Positions 11,391 to 20,262 of a stretch of 64,000 nucleotides of DNA are shown here, in pieces (position 1 is the stretch's first letter; every line of letters begins with the position of its first letter). Made by a program: the position numbers and the translations under genes. This stretch comes from Vicinamibacteria bacterium. Its GTDB lineage: Bacteria > Acidobacteriota > Vicinamibacteria > Marinacidobacterales > Marinacidobacteraceae. The notes beneath the pieces are model-generated. The model was given only the letters and a program-made list of their open reading frames with translations, did not search any database and was not told the origin of the DNA. The stretch lies in contig CAXXLQ010000004.1 in assembly GCA_963668695.2 (NCBI GenBank), forward strand, positions 96,001 to 160,000, in the 5' to 3' direction.

Positions 11391-11623
11391 CAGCCTGTGG
11401 TGAAACCCGGGTGAGCGCCGAGGCCGGTGAGGCCCAGTTCTCCCGGTGGGGCCAGTTCTCCCGGTGGGGGCCCGGCTGACAAGGCGCGTGAGGGAGGAGC
11501 CCCCACCGGGAGAACTGGCCCGGGTGTATTTCGACCGAAACGCAACGCAGAACGCAGCGAAGCGGAGTGGTTCAGCCGGGATGGATCGCCGGGCGAACGC
11601 CGTCTGGGTTTCATCACAGGCTG
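11391..11623. mobile_element. MITE (main family)
   Basis: TTAA|CAGCCTGTGGTGAAACCC...GGGTTTCATCACAGGCTG|TTAA; shares its left TTAA with the previous element. Confidence 0.85.
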
Positions 11624-11681
11624 TTAAAACCGCATCCCTTTCCCGAGGGGGAAGGGCGCGCGGGGAAACTACCCTAACGGG

Positions 11682-12692
11682 GTGTCAGAGGAAAGGCTCC
11701 CCGAAGGAAAAATCCCGCCCCGCGTGCTCCGGGAGATGCTTGCGCGTCTCGGAGACGGCGCCGGACTCGATCCCGGACCCGCAGCCGGGGAGGACGCGGC
11801 GGTGGCGCTGGCGGGGAACGAGCCGCGGCTGGTGCTGGCGGCCGATCCGATCACCTTCCCGAGCGCCGACCCCGGCTGGCACGCGGTGATCGTGAACGCC
11901 AACGACGTGGCCGCCACCGGAGGCGAATCGCGTTGGTTCCTTTCCCAGGTGCTCGCCCCTCCCGGAACCACTGAAGACCGGATCATCGCGATCGCCGACG
12001 GGATTCGCCGCGGATGCGACGAAGTAGGGGCGGTGCCCGCCGGCGGCCACACCGAGATCACGTCTGCGGTCGAGCGAGTCGTGGTCGCGGGAACGATGGT
12101 CGGCGTGGCCACCGCCGAGCGCGTCAAACCGACCGCGGGCGCCCGGGAGGGCGACATGCTGGTGGTCACGAAGGGCGTCGCAATCGAAGCCACCGCCATC
12201 GTCGCGACCGAACGGGAGGAAGAAGTGCGGCGAACCTTCGGAGCGGACTTCCAGCGGCGCGCCGCCGGTTTTCTCGCGGATCCCGGGATCAGCGTCGTGG
12301 CGGAGGCCCGGATCGCCGCCGGAATGCTCGAAGTGCACGCGATGCACGACGTCACCGAAGGGGGCATCGCGACCGCGGTGCGCGAAGTGGCGGAGGCGGC
12401 GGAACTCGGAGTCATCATGGCGGAAGCGGAGATTCCGCGCTTTTTGGAATCCAAGCGTCTGATGACCCACTTCGGCCTCGACATCCTGGGCGCCATCGGC
12501 TCGGGCGCCCTGCTCATCGCCTGCGCCGAGTCGGGAACCGGGGAACTGCTGGAGCGTCTCGAGGAAGCCCGGATCGGCGCCTTCGTCATCGGGCGTTTCG
12601 TCCGGCGCTCCGCCGGGATCCGCCTCGCCCGGGGATCCGTCCGGCGCGATTTGCCGGTCTTCGAGTCCGACGAACTCACCCGCCTCGGCTGA
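11682..12692 (+). CDS. AIR synthase / HypE / ThiL superfamily protein
   Basis: GEDAAV, NANDVA, GGHTE, AMHDVTEGG and C-terminal DEL motifs. Confidence 0.85.
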   Translation: MSEERLPEGKIPPRVLREMLARLGDGAGLDPGPAAGEDAAVALAGNEPRLVLAADPITFPSADPGWHAVIVNANDVAATGGESRWFLSQVLAPPGTTEDRIIAIADGIRRGCDEVGAVPAGGHTEITSAVERVVVAGTMVGVATAERVKPTAGAREGDMLVVTKGVAIEATAIVATEREEEVRRTFGADFQRRAAGFLADPGISVVAEARIAAGMLEVHAMHDVTEGGIATAVREVAEAAELGVIMAEAEIPRFLESKRLMTHFGLDILGAIGSGALLIACAESGTGELLERLEEARIGAFVIGRFVRRSAGIRLARGSVRRDLPVFESDELTRLG

Positions 12693-12766
12693 GCGTCCGT
12701 GGTGGCGCCGGATGGGACCCGGGACCCGGGTACAGTGTTCGCGGGCGGCCTCCTAGAATCCACCCG

Positions 12767-13219
12767 ATGAGACGCCTCCCTACCCGGAGTTCCGGCGCGC
12801 CCGGCGTGCTGCTGCTCGCCGGACTCTTGATTTCAGGATGCAGCCCCGGCACCACACCCGGGTTTCCCGCTCCCGATTTCCAGGCTCCGCTTCAGACACC
12901 CTTCGCGCTGCGGGCCGGCGACCTCGGCTACATACAGGGCACGGCCGACTTCCTCTACCTCAGTATTCAGTCGGTGGGCATCGACAGCCGGTGTCCCCCG
13001 GAGTCGAGCTGTGACGAGCCGGGGTTCGTGGAAGTGATCCTGGAACTCGAAACCGCGGAAGCCCAGGGCTCGGCAGGGATGCGGATTCCACCCAGCGGGG
13101 ACGCCGTCATCACCTACCGGGGCTTCGAAATCCGGGCCCACGAGGTGCAACCTCCGGGCAGGGCGAGCCGGATCCCGCCCTCGGACTACTTCTTCCTGAT
13201 GTCGGTCTCGCTGCGTTAG
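12767..13219 (+). CDS. Hypothetical lipoprotein (DSRCP motif)
   Basis: ATG 12767 with TAGAAT 7 nt upstream; lipobox LISGC; DSRCPxxxxC motif. Confidence 0.7.
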   Translation: MRRLPTRSSGAPGVLLLAGLLISGCSPGTTPGFPAPDFQAPLQTPFALRAGDLGYIQGTADFLYLSIQSVGIDSRCPPESSCDEPGFVEVILELETAEAQGSAGMRIPPSGDAVITYRGFEIRAHEVQPPGRASRIPPSDYFFLMSVSLR

Positions 13220-13283
13220 CAGTCCGAACCGGGAATCCCGAACCTAGAATCCCGGCTCGCCCCGAACGGGACGGAGGAAACGC

Positions 13284-14564
13284 ATGCATCACTACCACGA
13301 CTCAACAGCCCGTGGCAAAACCCACGCGGCGTTCGACGGGCGATCCATCCCGGCTGAACCGCCCCGCTTCGCGGGGCTCTGCGTTGCGCTTCGGTCGAAA
13401 TACGTTCGGTATTCCTCCCTCGCGCGCCTTGTCAGCCGGGCGTCTCTCCCGTCTCGGCGCTCACGCGGGTTTCACCACGGGCTGTTCATGAGAGTTGCCG
13501 GAACCGGCATTGCCTGCGCCGCATTCCTGCTGGGATCGGCAGCCTGCGGAGGAAGCGAAATGGAAGAGCCGGCGGAGACCCAGGAAGCGGTTTCGGAGAA
13601 CGACGACTTCCCGAACCCGTTCACCGCCGAGGCCATGTGGGGCGAGCTGCCCGGCGAGCGCGGCTGGGGCGCCATCAGCGCGATCTATCCGGCGGTGGAC
13701 GGCAACATCTGGGCCGCCGAGCGGTGTGGCGCGAACTTCTGCGGCGACCGGCCCGACGTGGACACGATCGTCCTCTTCAGCCCCGGCGGCGAAGCGCTGA
13801 AGAGCTTCGGGGCCGGGCTCATCGCCTGGCCGCACGGGATGTTCGTGGATCACGAGGGGAACGTTTGGGTCACCGACGCGAAGGGTTTCGTGCCCGACGA
13901 GCGGGTGCCGGAGGGTCTCGGCCACTTCGTGATCAAGTTCAGCCCCGAAGGCGAAGTGTTGATGCGGCTCGGCGAGCCCGGGACGGCGGGGACCGCTGAC
14001 GGGCAGTTCAACATGCCCTCGGCCGTGCTGGTCGCGCCGAACGGCGAGATCTACGTGGCCGACGGTCATAACGCCGGCGGGAACAACCGCATCGTCAAGT
14101 TCTCGGCGGACGGCGAGTTCCTCATGAGCTTCGGGGAGACCGGCACCGGACCGGGGCAGTTCCGCGATCCGCACGCGCTGGCGATGGATTCCATGGGCCG
14201 CCTCTTCGTGGGCGACCGGGCGAACAACCGGATCCAGCTCTTCGACCAGGCAGGCAGCTTCATCGAGGAGTGGCTGCAGTTCGGCCGGCCGAGCGGGATC
14301 TTCATCACCGCCGACGACACGATCTACGTCGCGGATTCCGAGTCCACCTCGGAGGCGAATCCGGGCTTCGGGCGGGGCATCCGCATCGGGAGCGCGGTGG
14401 ACGGCACGGTGCACACCTACCTGCCGGACGACGTATCCGACCTCGAACCCGGCGCGGAGCCCGTGACCAGCGGGCCGGAAGGCATCGCGGTGGACGCCCA
14501 GGGGAGCGTCTACGGGGGCGAAGTCCGCCAGCAGATGGTCCGGAAGTTCACACGAAGCGAGTAG
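13284..14564 (+). CDS. NHL-repeat beta-propeller lipoprotein (PAL-like), with an in-frame MITE in the N-terminus
   Basis: GGAGG RBS before ATG 13284 (alternative start ATG 13488); lipobox SAAC; NHL repeats PHGMFVD, FNMPSAV, GQFRDPHALAMD, VGDRANNRIQ. Confidence 0.85.
   Translation: MHHYHDSTARGKTHAAFDGRSIPAEPPRFAGLCVALRSKYVRYSSLARLVSRASLPSRRSRGFHHGLFMRVAGTGIACAAFLLGSAACGGSEMEEPAETQEAVSENDDFPNPFTAEAMWGELPGERGWGAISAIYPAVDGNIWAAERCGANFCGDRPDVDTIVLFSPGGEALKSFGAGLIAWPHGMFVDHEGNVWVTDAKGFVPDERVPEGLGHFVIKFSPEGEVLMRLGEPGTAGTADGQFNMPSAVLVAPNGEIYVADGHNAGGNNRIVKFSADGEFLMSFGETGTGPGQFRDPHALAMDSMGRLFVGDRANNRIQLFDQAGSFIEEWLQFGRPSGIFITADDTIYVADSESTSEANPGFGRGIRIGSAVDGTVHTYLPDDVSDLEPGAEPVTSGPEGIAVDAQGSVYGGEVRQQMVRKFTRSE
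13306..13484. mobile_element. MITE inserted in frame within the NHL gene
   Basis: tcaa|CAGCCCGTGGCAAAACCC...GGGTTTCACCACGGGCTG|ttca; 179 bp + 4 bp = 183 bp, a multiple of 3. Confidence 0.8.
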
Positions 14565-14602
14565 CAGCCCGTCGCGCGGGTGTCGCCGCAGTCTCCTTCG
14601 AC

Positions 14603-15262
14603 GTGGACGGCACCGACAACGCCGCCAGTTCTCCCGGTGGGGGCCTTCAGACCGGCATCGCCTCGCACCGCGGGGCGAACTTCGCAGCCGTTTCCTTCGA
14701 CGTGGACGGCACCCTCTACGCGGACGGCTTTCTGCGGGCTCGGATCGCTCTCGAAGCCATCCGCCGCCTGAATCCGAGTTCCCTCCGGGATCTCTACCGT
14801 TTCGATAAACGCGCCGCCGCCGCGCGGGCCGCCGGGGGAGCACTCGACCCTTCCTGGGCTTCCACGATTCCCATCCGGCTCGAGGCGGAGGCTCGACTGC
14901 TGCTCCCGGTCATCCGGCGCCTGGGGCCCCGGGCCGGTGCGGCCGATCTCCTGACCCGCCTCCGGCCCCGCACCCTGATCGCCGTCTCGGACTTCGACGC
15001 GGAGGCCAAGCTGGAGGCGCTCGGCCTCCGCCATCACTTCGACCACACCTACGCCGCCGAGCGGTACGGCGCCCTCAAGCCCGATCCCTCCGTCTTCCGG
15101 GCCGCGCTCGCGGATCTCGGAATTGCTCCCTCCACCCTGCTGCATGTCGGAGACCGCCCGGACACCGACGGCCTCGCCGCCCGTGCGGCCGGCTGCCGCG
15201 CCCTCATCCTGGGCACCGACTTCGCCTCCTTTCGCGGACTCGGGGACCTGCTCGCCCCCTGA
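14603..15262 (+). CDS. HAD-superfamily hydrolase (start uncertain, duplicated N-terminal motif)
   Basis: FDVDGTLY, KPDP and HVGDRPDTDG motifs. Motif I is duplicated; the only nearby in-frame start is GTG 14603. Confidence 0.7.
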   Translation: MDGTDNAASSPGGGLQTGIASHRGANFAAVSFDVDGTLYADGFLRARIALEAIRRLNPSSLRDLYRFDKRAAAARAAGGALDPSWASTIPIRLEAEARLLLPVIRRLGPRAGAADLLTRLRPRTLIAVSDFDAEAKLEALGLRHHFDHTYAAERYGALKPDPSVFRAALADLGIAPSTLLHVGDRPDTDGLAARAAGCRALILGTDFASFRGLGDLLAP

Positions 15263-15489
15263 ATCCGCAGCGGAGGTCGTCCGCTTGGTCCTTCCGGGCG
15301 GTGGTCCGCGACGAAACGTATGATCCGCTGATCGAGACGACGGTAGATGCGCTGGGAAGCGAACCGGAAAGGTTCCTTCAGACCGGCATCGGGTAGCTCC
15401 TCAGCGACCTGTCAAGAATGCACGCCGAGCAAGCAGCCGCGCTCGTGGAACGAGCACTACGAAAAACAGCCTCCGGGGAGGGGACGTCC

Positions 15490-16632
15490 ATGAAGATCGA
15501 GCGCCTGGGGTCAACAGTTCTGGTGGCCTTCGGACTTGCGCTGCTGTCCGCCTGCGCGGACGAGAGTCCGGGTGGCAGGATGGAGTCGGCGCCGGCGGGG
15601 CCGGTGGCCAAGGGCGGCGACGACCGGACCGGCGAGTACGACGCCGTACCCGGCTGGTGGAAGCCCGCGCCGGACCATGTGGAGCCCTGGGTCTGGGGGC
15701 AGGTCTCGGGCGTGGCGGTCGACACCCCGGACCGGGTCATCGTCGGTATCTGGGGCGACCGGGACGCCGAGGGGCGCGAGCGCGAGGGAAGCACCAACTA
15801 CGTTGTCGCCGTGGACCGGGACGGCAACATCACCGAGAACTGGTCCCAGTGGGACTCGATCTTCAACAAGCCTCATCAGCTCTACATCAGCCCCTACGAC
15901 CCCGAGCGCCACGTGTGGATCGTGGAGCGCGGCGGCGGCAAGAACGTCAACATGCAGATCCTCAAGTTCTCGAACGACGGGAGCGAACTGGTGATGCGGC
16001 TCGTCGATCCGGATCACCCCACCACCCGGGCGGAGGCGCGCGCCAACCCGCACCCGGGCCCGTACGAGTACGGCGACCCCGCGGTGATGGCGTTCCTGCC
16101 GAGCGGCGACTTTCTGGTGGGCGATGGCTACTGGCACTCGCGCATCATCAAGTACGACGCCGAGGGCGAGTATCTGATGGAGTGGGGCGAACTCGGGAGC
16201 GGTCCGGGCCAGTTCGACCTGGTGCACGGGCTCGCGGTGGACCGGAACCGCCGCGTCTACGTGGGCGACCGCGCCAACAACCGCATCCAGATCTTCACCG
16301 AGGACGGCGAGTACATCGACGAGTGGCCCGACGTCTCCGACCCCGTCGGCGTCTTCATCGACGAGAGCGATGCCGTCTGGGTGGTCTCGGCAATCCTGAA
16401 CCGCATCCTCAAGTTCAACTTGGACGGCGAACTCCAGTACCACCTGGGCGCCTACGGGGGCACGCGGGGCGGCTTCCCGGGCGGTCTGTCGCGGCCGCAT
16501 CAGATCGATGTGGACGAGGAGGGCAACCTCTACATCGCGAGCTGGGACGGGGGCTGGATGGACAAGTTCATTCCCAAGCCGGACGCGGATCCGAGCAAGC
16601 TGGTGGGGAGGAAGCTGGTTCTGGAAAACTAG
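15490..16632 (+). CDS. NHL-repeat beta-propeller lipoprotein (PAL-like)
   Basis: GGAGGG RBS, lipobox LSAC, GSGPGQFDLVHGLAVD, VGDRANNRIQIF. Confidence 0.85.
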   Translation: MKIERLGSTVLVAFGLALLSACADESPGGRMESAPAGPVAKGGDDRTGEYDAVPGWWKPAPDHVEPWVWGQVSGVAVDTPDRVIVGIWGDRDAEGREREGSTNYVVAVDRDGNITENWSQWDSIFNKPHQLYISPYDPERHVWIVERGGGKNVNMQILKFSNDGSELVMRLVDPDHPTTRAEARANPHPGPYEYGDPAVMAFLPSGDFLVGDGYWHSRIIKYDAEGEYLMEWGELGSGPGQFDLVHGLAVDRNRRVYVGDRANNRIQIFTEDGEYIDEWPDVSDPVGVFIDESDAVWVVSAILNRILKFNLDGELQYHLGAYGGTRGGFPGGLSRPHQIDVDEEGNLYIASWDGGWMDKFIPKPDADPSKLVGRKLVLEN

Positions 16633-16698
16633 GGGCGACCCGGTGCCGGTTGAACTCGCTGGCTGTTCCTGGGGAGCCCAACACCCTGGAGTACCGTT

Positions 16699-17736
16699 AT
16701 GAGTCGCCGAACATCGATCGCAGTGCTGGCCCTCGGGCTCACGTTGCTTTGGCCCGGATCACGCCTCGCCGCCCAGATCCCAGGCCTCCTGCTGAACGAG
16801 GCCGGTGAGGAGATCGTCGCCACCTTCTCGATCGTCGCGCGCGATCCAGGCACGGGAGAGCTGGGAGTCGCCGTGCAGTCGCGGGCGTTTCGCGCCGGAG
16901 CCATCGTTTCGTACGCCAAGGCGGGGGTCGGGGCGATCGCGACCCAGGCGGCGGCCAACCAGACCTACGGGCCGCGCGGGCTGGAACTCCTGGAGCTGGG
17001 GCTCTCGCCGGACGAGGTGGTCGAGCACCTGACCGGCTCGGATCCGGGGCGTGACCGCCGCCAGCTCGCCGTCATCGACGACCAGGGCCGGGTCCGGGCC
17101 TACACGGGATCGGCAACCAGCGCCTGGGCGGGACACCTCGAGGGCGAGAACTTCTCGGCTCAGGGCAACATCCTGGCTGGGGAAGCGGTGGTGCAGGCGA
17201 TGGCGGAGGCGTTCGAGGCGTCCGAGGGTCCGCTCGCACTTCGTCTGATGGACGCCCTCGATGCCGGCCAGGCCGCCGGGGGCGACGCGCGCGGCAAGCA
17301 GGCTGGCGGGGTTTTGGTGGTGAAGCCGATCGGCAACTCCGGCCGGACCACCCGGACCAGCGACCGCTGGGTGGACGTGCGCGTGGACGACCATGCCGAG
17401 CCGTTCAAGGAGCTGCGCCGCCTGGTCAACATGTCGGTTTCGCGAATTCACGCGAGCGAAGCCCGGACGCTGGCCGCGGAGGGCCGCTTCGACGAAGCCG
17501 TGGCGGCGCAGCAGGAAGCGATCGCGATCGTTCCCGGGGAGGATCAGCTCATCTACGGGCTGGCCCGGCTGTACGCCCGCGCGGGCGACGCCGCGGGCGC
17601 GGTGGCGACGCTCAAGCAAGCCATCGAAATCGACGCGCGCTGGCGAGGGCTGGCGGCGTCACAGGCCGACTTCGACAACATCCGCGATAACGCGGAGTTC
17701 CAGAGACTGCTTAACTCCAAAGGACCCCTGTCATGA
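16699..17736 (+). CDS. DUF1028 (Ntn-hydrolase-like) exported protein with C-terminal TPR-like repeats
   Basis: Signal peptide; TFSIVARD, GVAVQS, ATQA, QGNIL, AGGDARG and RVDDH motifs; helical TPR-like tail. Confidence 0.85.
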   Translation: MSRRTSIAVLALGLTLLWPGSRLAAQIPGLLLNEAGEEIVATFSIVARDPGTGELGVAVQSRAFRAGAIVSYAKAGVGAIATQAAANQTYGPRGLELLELGLSPDEVVEHLTGSDPGRDRRQLAVIDDQGRVRAYTGSATSAWAGHLEGENFSAQGNILAGEAVVQAMAEAFEASEGPLALRLMDALDAGQAAGGDARGKQAGGVLVVKPIGNSGRTTRTSDRWVDVRVDDHAEPFKELRRLVNMSVSRIHASEARTLAAEGRFDEAVAAQQEAIAIVPGEDQLIYGLARLYARAGDAAGAVATLKQAIEIDARWRGLAASQADFDNIRDNAEFQRLLNSKGPLS

Positions 17737-18254
17737 ACTATCGCCGAATCCCGCTGCTGTTCGCCCTGGCGCTGCTCCCGGGTTGCGCTGCCGACCCGGC
17801 CCCACCGGAGGCGACTGCCCCGGATGCCCCAAGTGCCCAGAATGCCCCGGATGCCCAGAATGCCCCGGATGCCCGAGAGCGGCACTACCTCAACCCCCGC
17901 TCGGCGGGAGACCCCGACGTGCCGCCCTTCAGCGGCGGCGTGATGGTGGGCGACACCTTCTACGTTGCGGGAACGATCGGGCTGGGCCCCGACCAGACGG
18001 TACCCGAAACCGCCCAGGAGGAGGCTCGCATCGTCCTCACCAACGTGCAAAACACCCTGGAGGCGGCCGGGCTGACTATGGACGACCTGGTGTCGGTTCA
18101 GGTCTACGCCTCGGATGTCGGGGACTATGACGCCTTCAACGAGGTCTATCGCACGTTCTTCACCCAGGAATATCCGGCGCGGGCATTCCTGGGTTCGGGC
18201 ACGTTGCTCTTCGGGGCGCGGTTCGAGGTGCTGGGGTTCGCGGTCAAGCGCTAG
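17733..18254 (+). CDS. RidA/YjgF/UK114 family protein with lipoprotein signal
   Basis: PFSGG, AFNEVY, YPARA and FEV motifs; lipobox LPGC; ATGA overlap with the upstream gene. Confidence 0.85.
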   Translation: MNYRRIPLLFALALLPGCAADPAPPEATAPDAPSAQNAPDAQNAPDARERHYLNPRSAGDPDVPPFSGGVMVGDTFYVAGTIGLGPDQTVPETAQEEARIVLTNVQNTLEAAGLTMDDLVSVQVYASDVGDYDAFNEVYRTFFTQEYPARAFLGSGTLLFGARFEVLGFAVKR

Positions 18255-18329
18255 GGCCGCTCGGAACACAGTCTCAGATTCGCGGTGCGCGTTCGTCCGC
18301 CTCCGGCGGACGATGCCGGCCGGACTCCC

Positions 18330-18413
18330 CCGCGCGCCTTGTCAGCCGGGCGCCTCGCCCCCACCGGGAGAACTGGCCGCGCTCGGCGCTCACCCGGGTT
18401 CCACCACCGGCGG
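18330..18413. mobile_element. Partial MITE overlapping the 3' end of the GH3 gene
   Basis: CGCGCGCCTTGTCAGCCGGG...CTCGGCGCTCACCCGGGTTCCACCACCGGCGG matches the family right end; left boundary unclear. Confidence 0.65.
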
Positions 18414-20003
18414 TTCCCCCTCTTCCCAGAGGCGCGGGTAGAAGGGCTGGAACTTGAACTGGGAGTCAACGTGGGCTGAGCCTCCACCGGAGGCGCGCGG
18501 AAGGAAGTCCGAGAGCTCAAGGGTTGAGCAGCGGACTCCACCGAGCCGGCGGCTCGCACGCTTGGCGCGGTATTCGAGGTTCTGATTCCCGAGAAGTTCA
18601 TCGAGCCGCTCGGGGAGGCCCTCGGGGAGGCCCTCGGGCAGGCCGCCGGGCTCGCGCGACGCCGGGCGGACCGCCGCGAGGTGGTAGCAGGGAAGCGCAT
18701 CTCCTGCGGGGTTCGAAGGAAAGAGCGCGAGCCAGAAACGCTTCCGGAGTCCCGGGAACTCGCAGTCCAGCGCCGAGAACGCGCGCTCAACGTGCCCGGC
18801 GGTGAGCTTTTCCCCGGTGAAGGACCAACCCAGGCCTCGCCGGCGGACAAAACGGAGATCCGGATGTCCGCCGACGAAGCGCGCGACCCGAAAAAGATCC
18901 CCGGTCGCGTAGCGCCGGAGGCCGAAACCGTGGCTCACCACCATTTCGTACGTCTCCCCCGGCCGCAGGTCGCTGGCGCCCAAGAGGCTTGCCTCGGATC
19001 CCAGGCTTGCCTCGGATCCCGGCTCGAGGAACTCGTAGAAGACGCCGGGTGCGGCCGGTAGGAACGCCGTCTCTCGCTCCCGGTAGTCGGGAACGGTCTC
19101 GATCGTCTCGGTGGACATCGAATACATCGGCTCCCGGGTGAAACGCGATGCGGGGAGGCGGCGGTCGAGCCGCTGCAGAAACGGACCCACCGCGCCTCCG
19201 GTCCAGCAGACGTAGGTCGTGACGCCGGGCGCCCAGGCCGTGATCGGCAGTGGCTCGGGACTTTCCGCCACCCGGAGGAGCCGCTTCCGCGATCCCATCG
19301 AAGCGAGCTTCCGGAGGAGCCGCCAGACGGACGGGTGCAGGCGCTCAGGTTCCCGGACGACCCGCCGAACGAGCGCGGAAGCGTTCTCCCAATCGGCGTC
19401 GAGCTCTTCGAAGAACCCGCTCAGCGTGGAGGGGTTCGTTGCGTAGAGGACTCCCGGATTCGACAAGGTGAGGACCAGGAGACGAAGCGCGGCCGCGCCG
19501 TACTGCTCTTTCAGATCCTTAAGCGCCGGATCCGACTGCGCCCGGTAGGGCGCCTGCAGCAGGATGAACCACGGAGGCGCGCGGCGCTCGCTGACGAGCA
19601 ACCAGCTCAGCGAGCGATCCGGATCGAGAGCGCCGAAGACGTAGAGGCTGGGACGCCGGATCCGCCGGCGCGCGACGAGGCGAAGCATCCCGTCCACGAA
19701 AACGCCGCGGGTCGCCGAGAGCCGCTGTCGCGGGTACGCGACGCGCTTGGGCTCGCCCGAGGTGCCGGAGGTGAGCGCCACGGGGGTCCCCGCCCCGTCA
19801 CCCGAATCCGCGGAAGGCAGTTCCCGGGTGAGCGGCGTCGCGGGGGTGATTCCAAAGCGCCGCCGCAGCCGCCTTTCCCGGAGCGGATGGATCGTCAGAC
19901 GTACGCGGTGGCGAAGGACGGCCGCCCGCCCCGCCAGCCGCAGCACGAGTGCGATCGCTGCGCGTCCGAGGTCATTCGCGAGGCCCCGGGCCTCGCGGCT
20001 CAT
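18390..20003 (-). CDS. GH3-family acyl-adenylate/amide ligase
   Basis: GH3-type motifs TSGTSGEPK, YSMSTE, FYEF, YATGD and GEK. ATG 20003; the further upstream ORF extension is MITE sequence. Confidence 0.8.
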   Translation of the reverse strand: MSREARGLANDLGRAAIALVLRLAGRAAVLRHRVRLTIHPLRERRLRRRFGITPATPLTRELPSADSGDGAGTPVALTSGTSGEPKRVAYPRQRLSATRGVFVDGMLRLVARRRIRRPSLYVFGALDPDRSLSWLLVSERRAPPWFILLQAPYRAQSDPALKDLKEQYGAAALRLLVLTLSNPGVLYATNPSTLSGFFEELDADWENASALVRRVVREPERLHPSVWRLLRKLASMGSRKRLLRVAESPEPLPITAWAPGVTTYVCWTGGAVGPFLQRLDRRLPASRFTREPMYSMSTETIETVPDYRERETAFLPAAPGVFYEFLEPGSEASLGSEASLLGASDLRPGETYEMVVSHGFGLRRYATGDLFRVARFVGGHPDLRFVRRRGLGWSFTGEKLTAGHVERAFSALDCEFPGLRKRFWLALFPSNPAGDALPCYHLAAVRPASREPGGLPEGLPEGLPERLDELLGNQNLEYRAKRASRRLGGVRCSTLELSDFLPRASGGGSAHVDSQFKFQPFYPRLWEEGEPPVVEPG

Positions 20004-20030
20004 CGGGGTCGAACTTGGGGCCGAACTTGG

Positions 20031-20262
20031 CCGCCGGTGGACAGAGCCAGGCGGCCCAGTTCTCCCGGTGGGGGCTCGGCCGGCGATCCATCCCGGCTGA
20101 GCGCTGCGCCCCACTTCGCTCGTCGTTGCGCATCGGTCGAAATAACCCGGGCCAGTTCTCCCGGTGGGGGCTCCTCCCTCGCGCGCCTCGTCAGCCGGGC
20201 GCCTCGCCCCCACCGGGAGAACTGGCCGGCCTCGGCGCTCACCTTGCTCTGACCACAGGCAC
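20031..20262. mobile_element. MITE inserted in the last codons of the condensation-like gene
   Basis: ttgg|CCGCCGGTGGACAGAG...CTCTGACCACAGGCAC|ccag; the interior matches other copies in reverse orientation. Confidence 0.8.

Noticed and set aside
15263-15489. Possible ncRNA or riboswitch upstream of the second NHL gene
   Set aside because: Only a REP tail (CTTCAGACCGGCATCG) and short hairpins are visible; no recognisable conserved aptamer.
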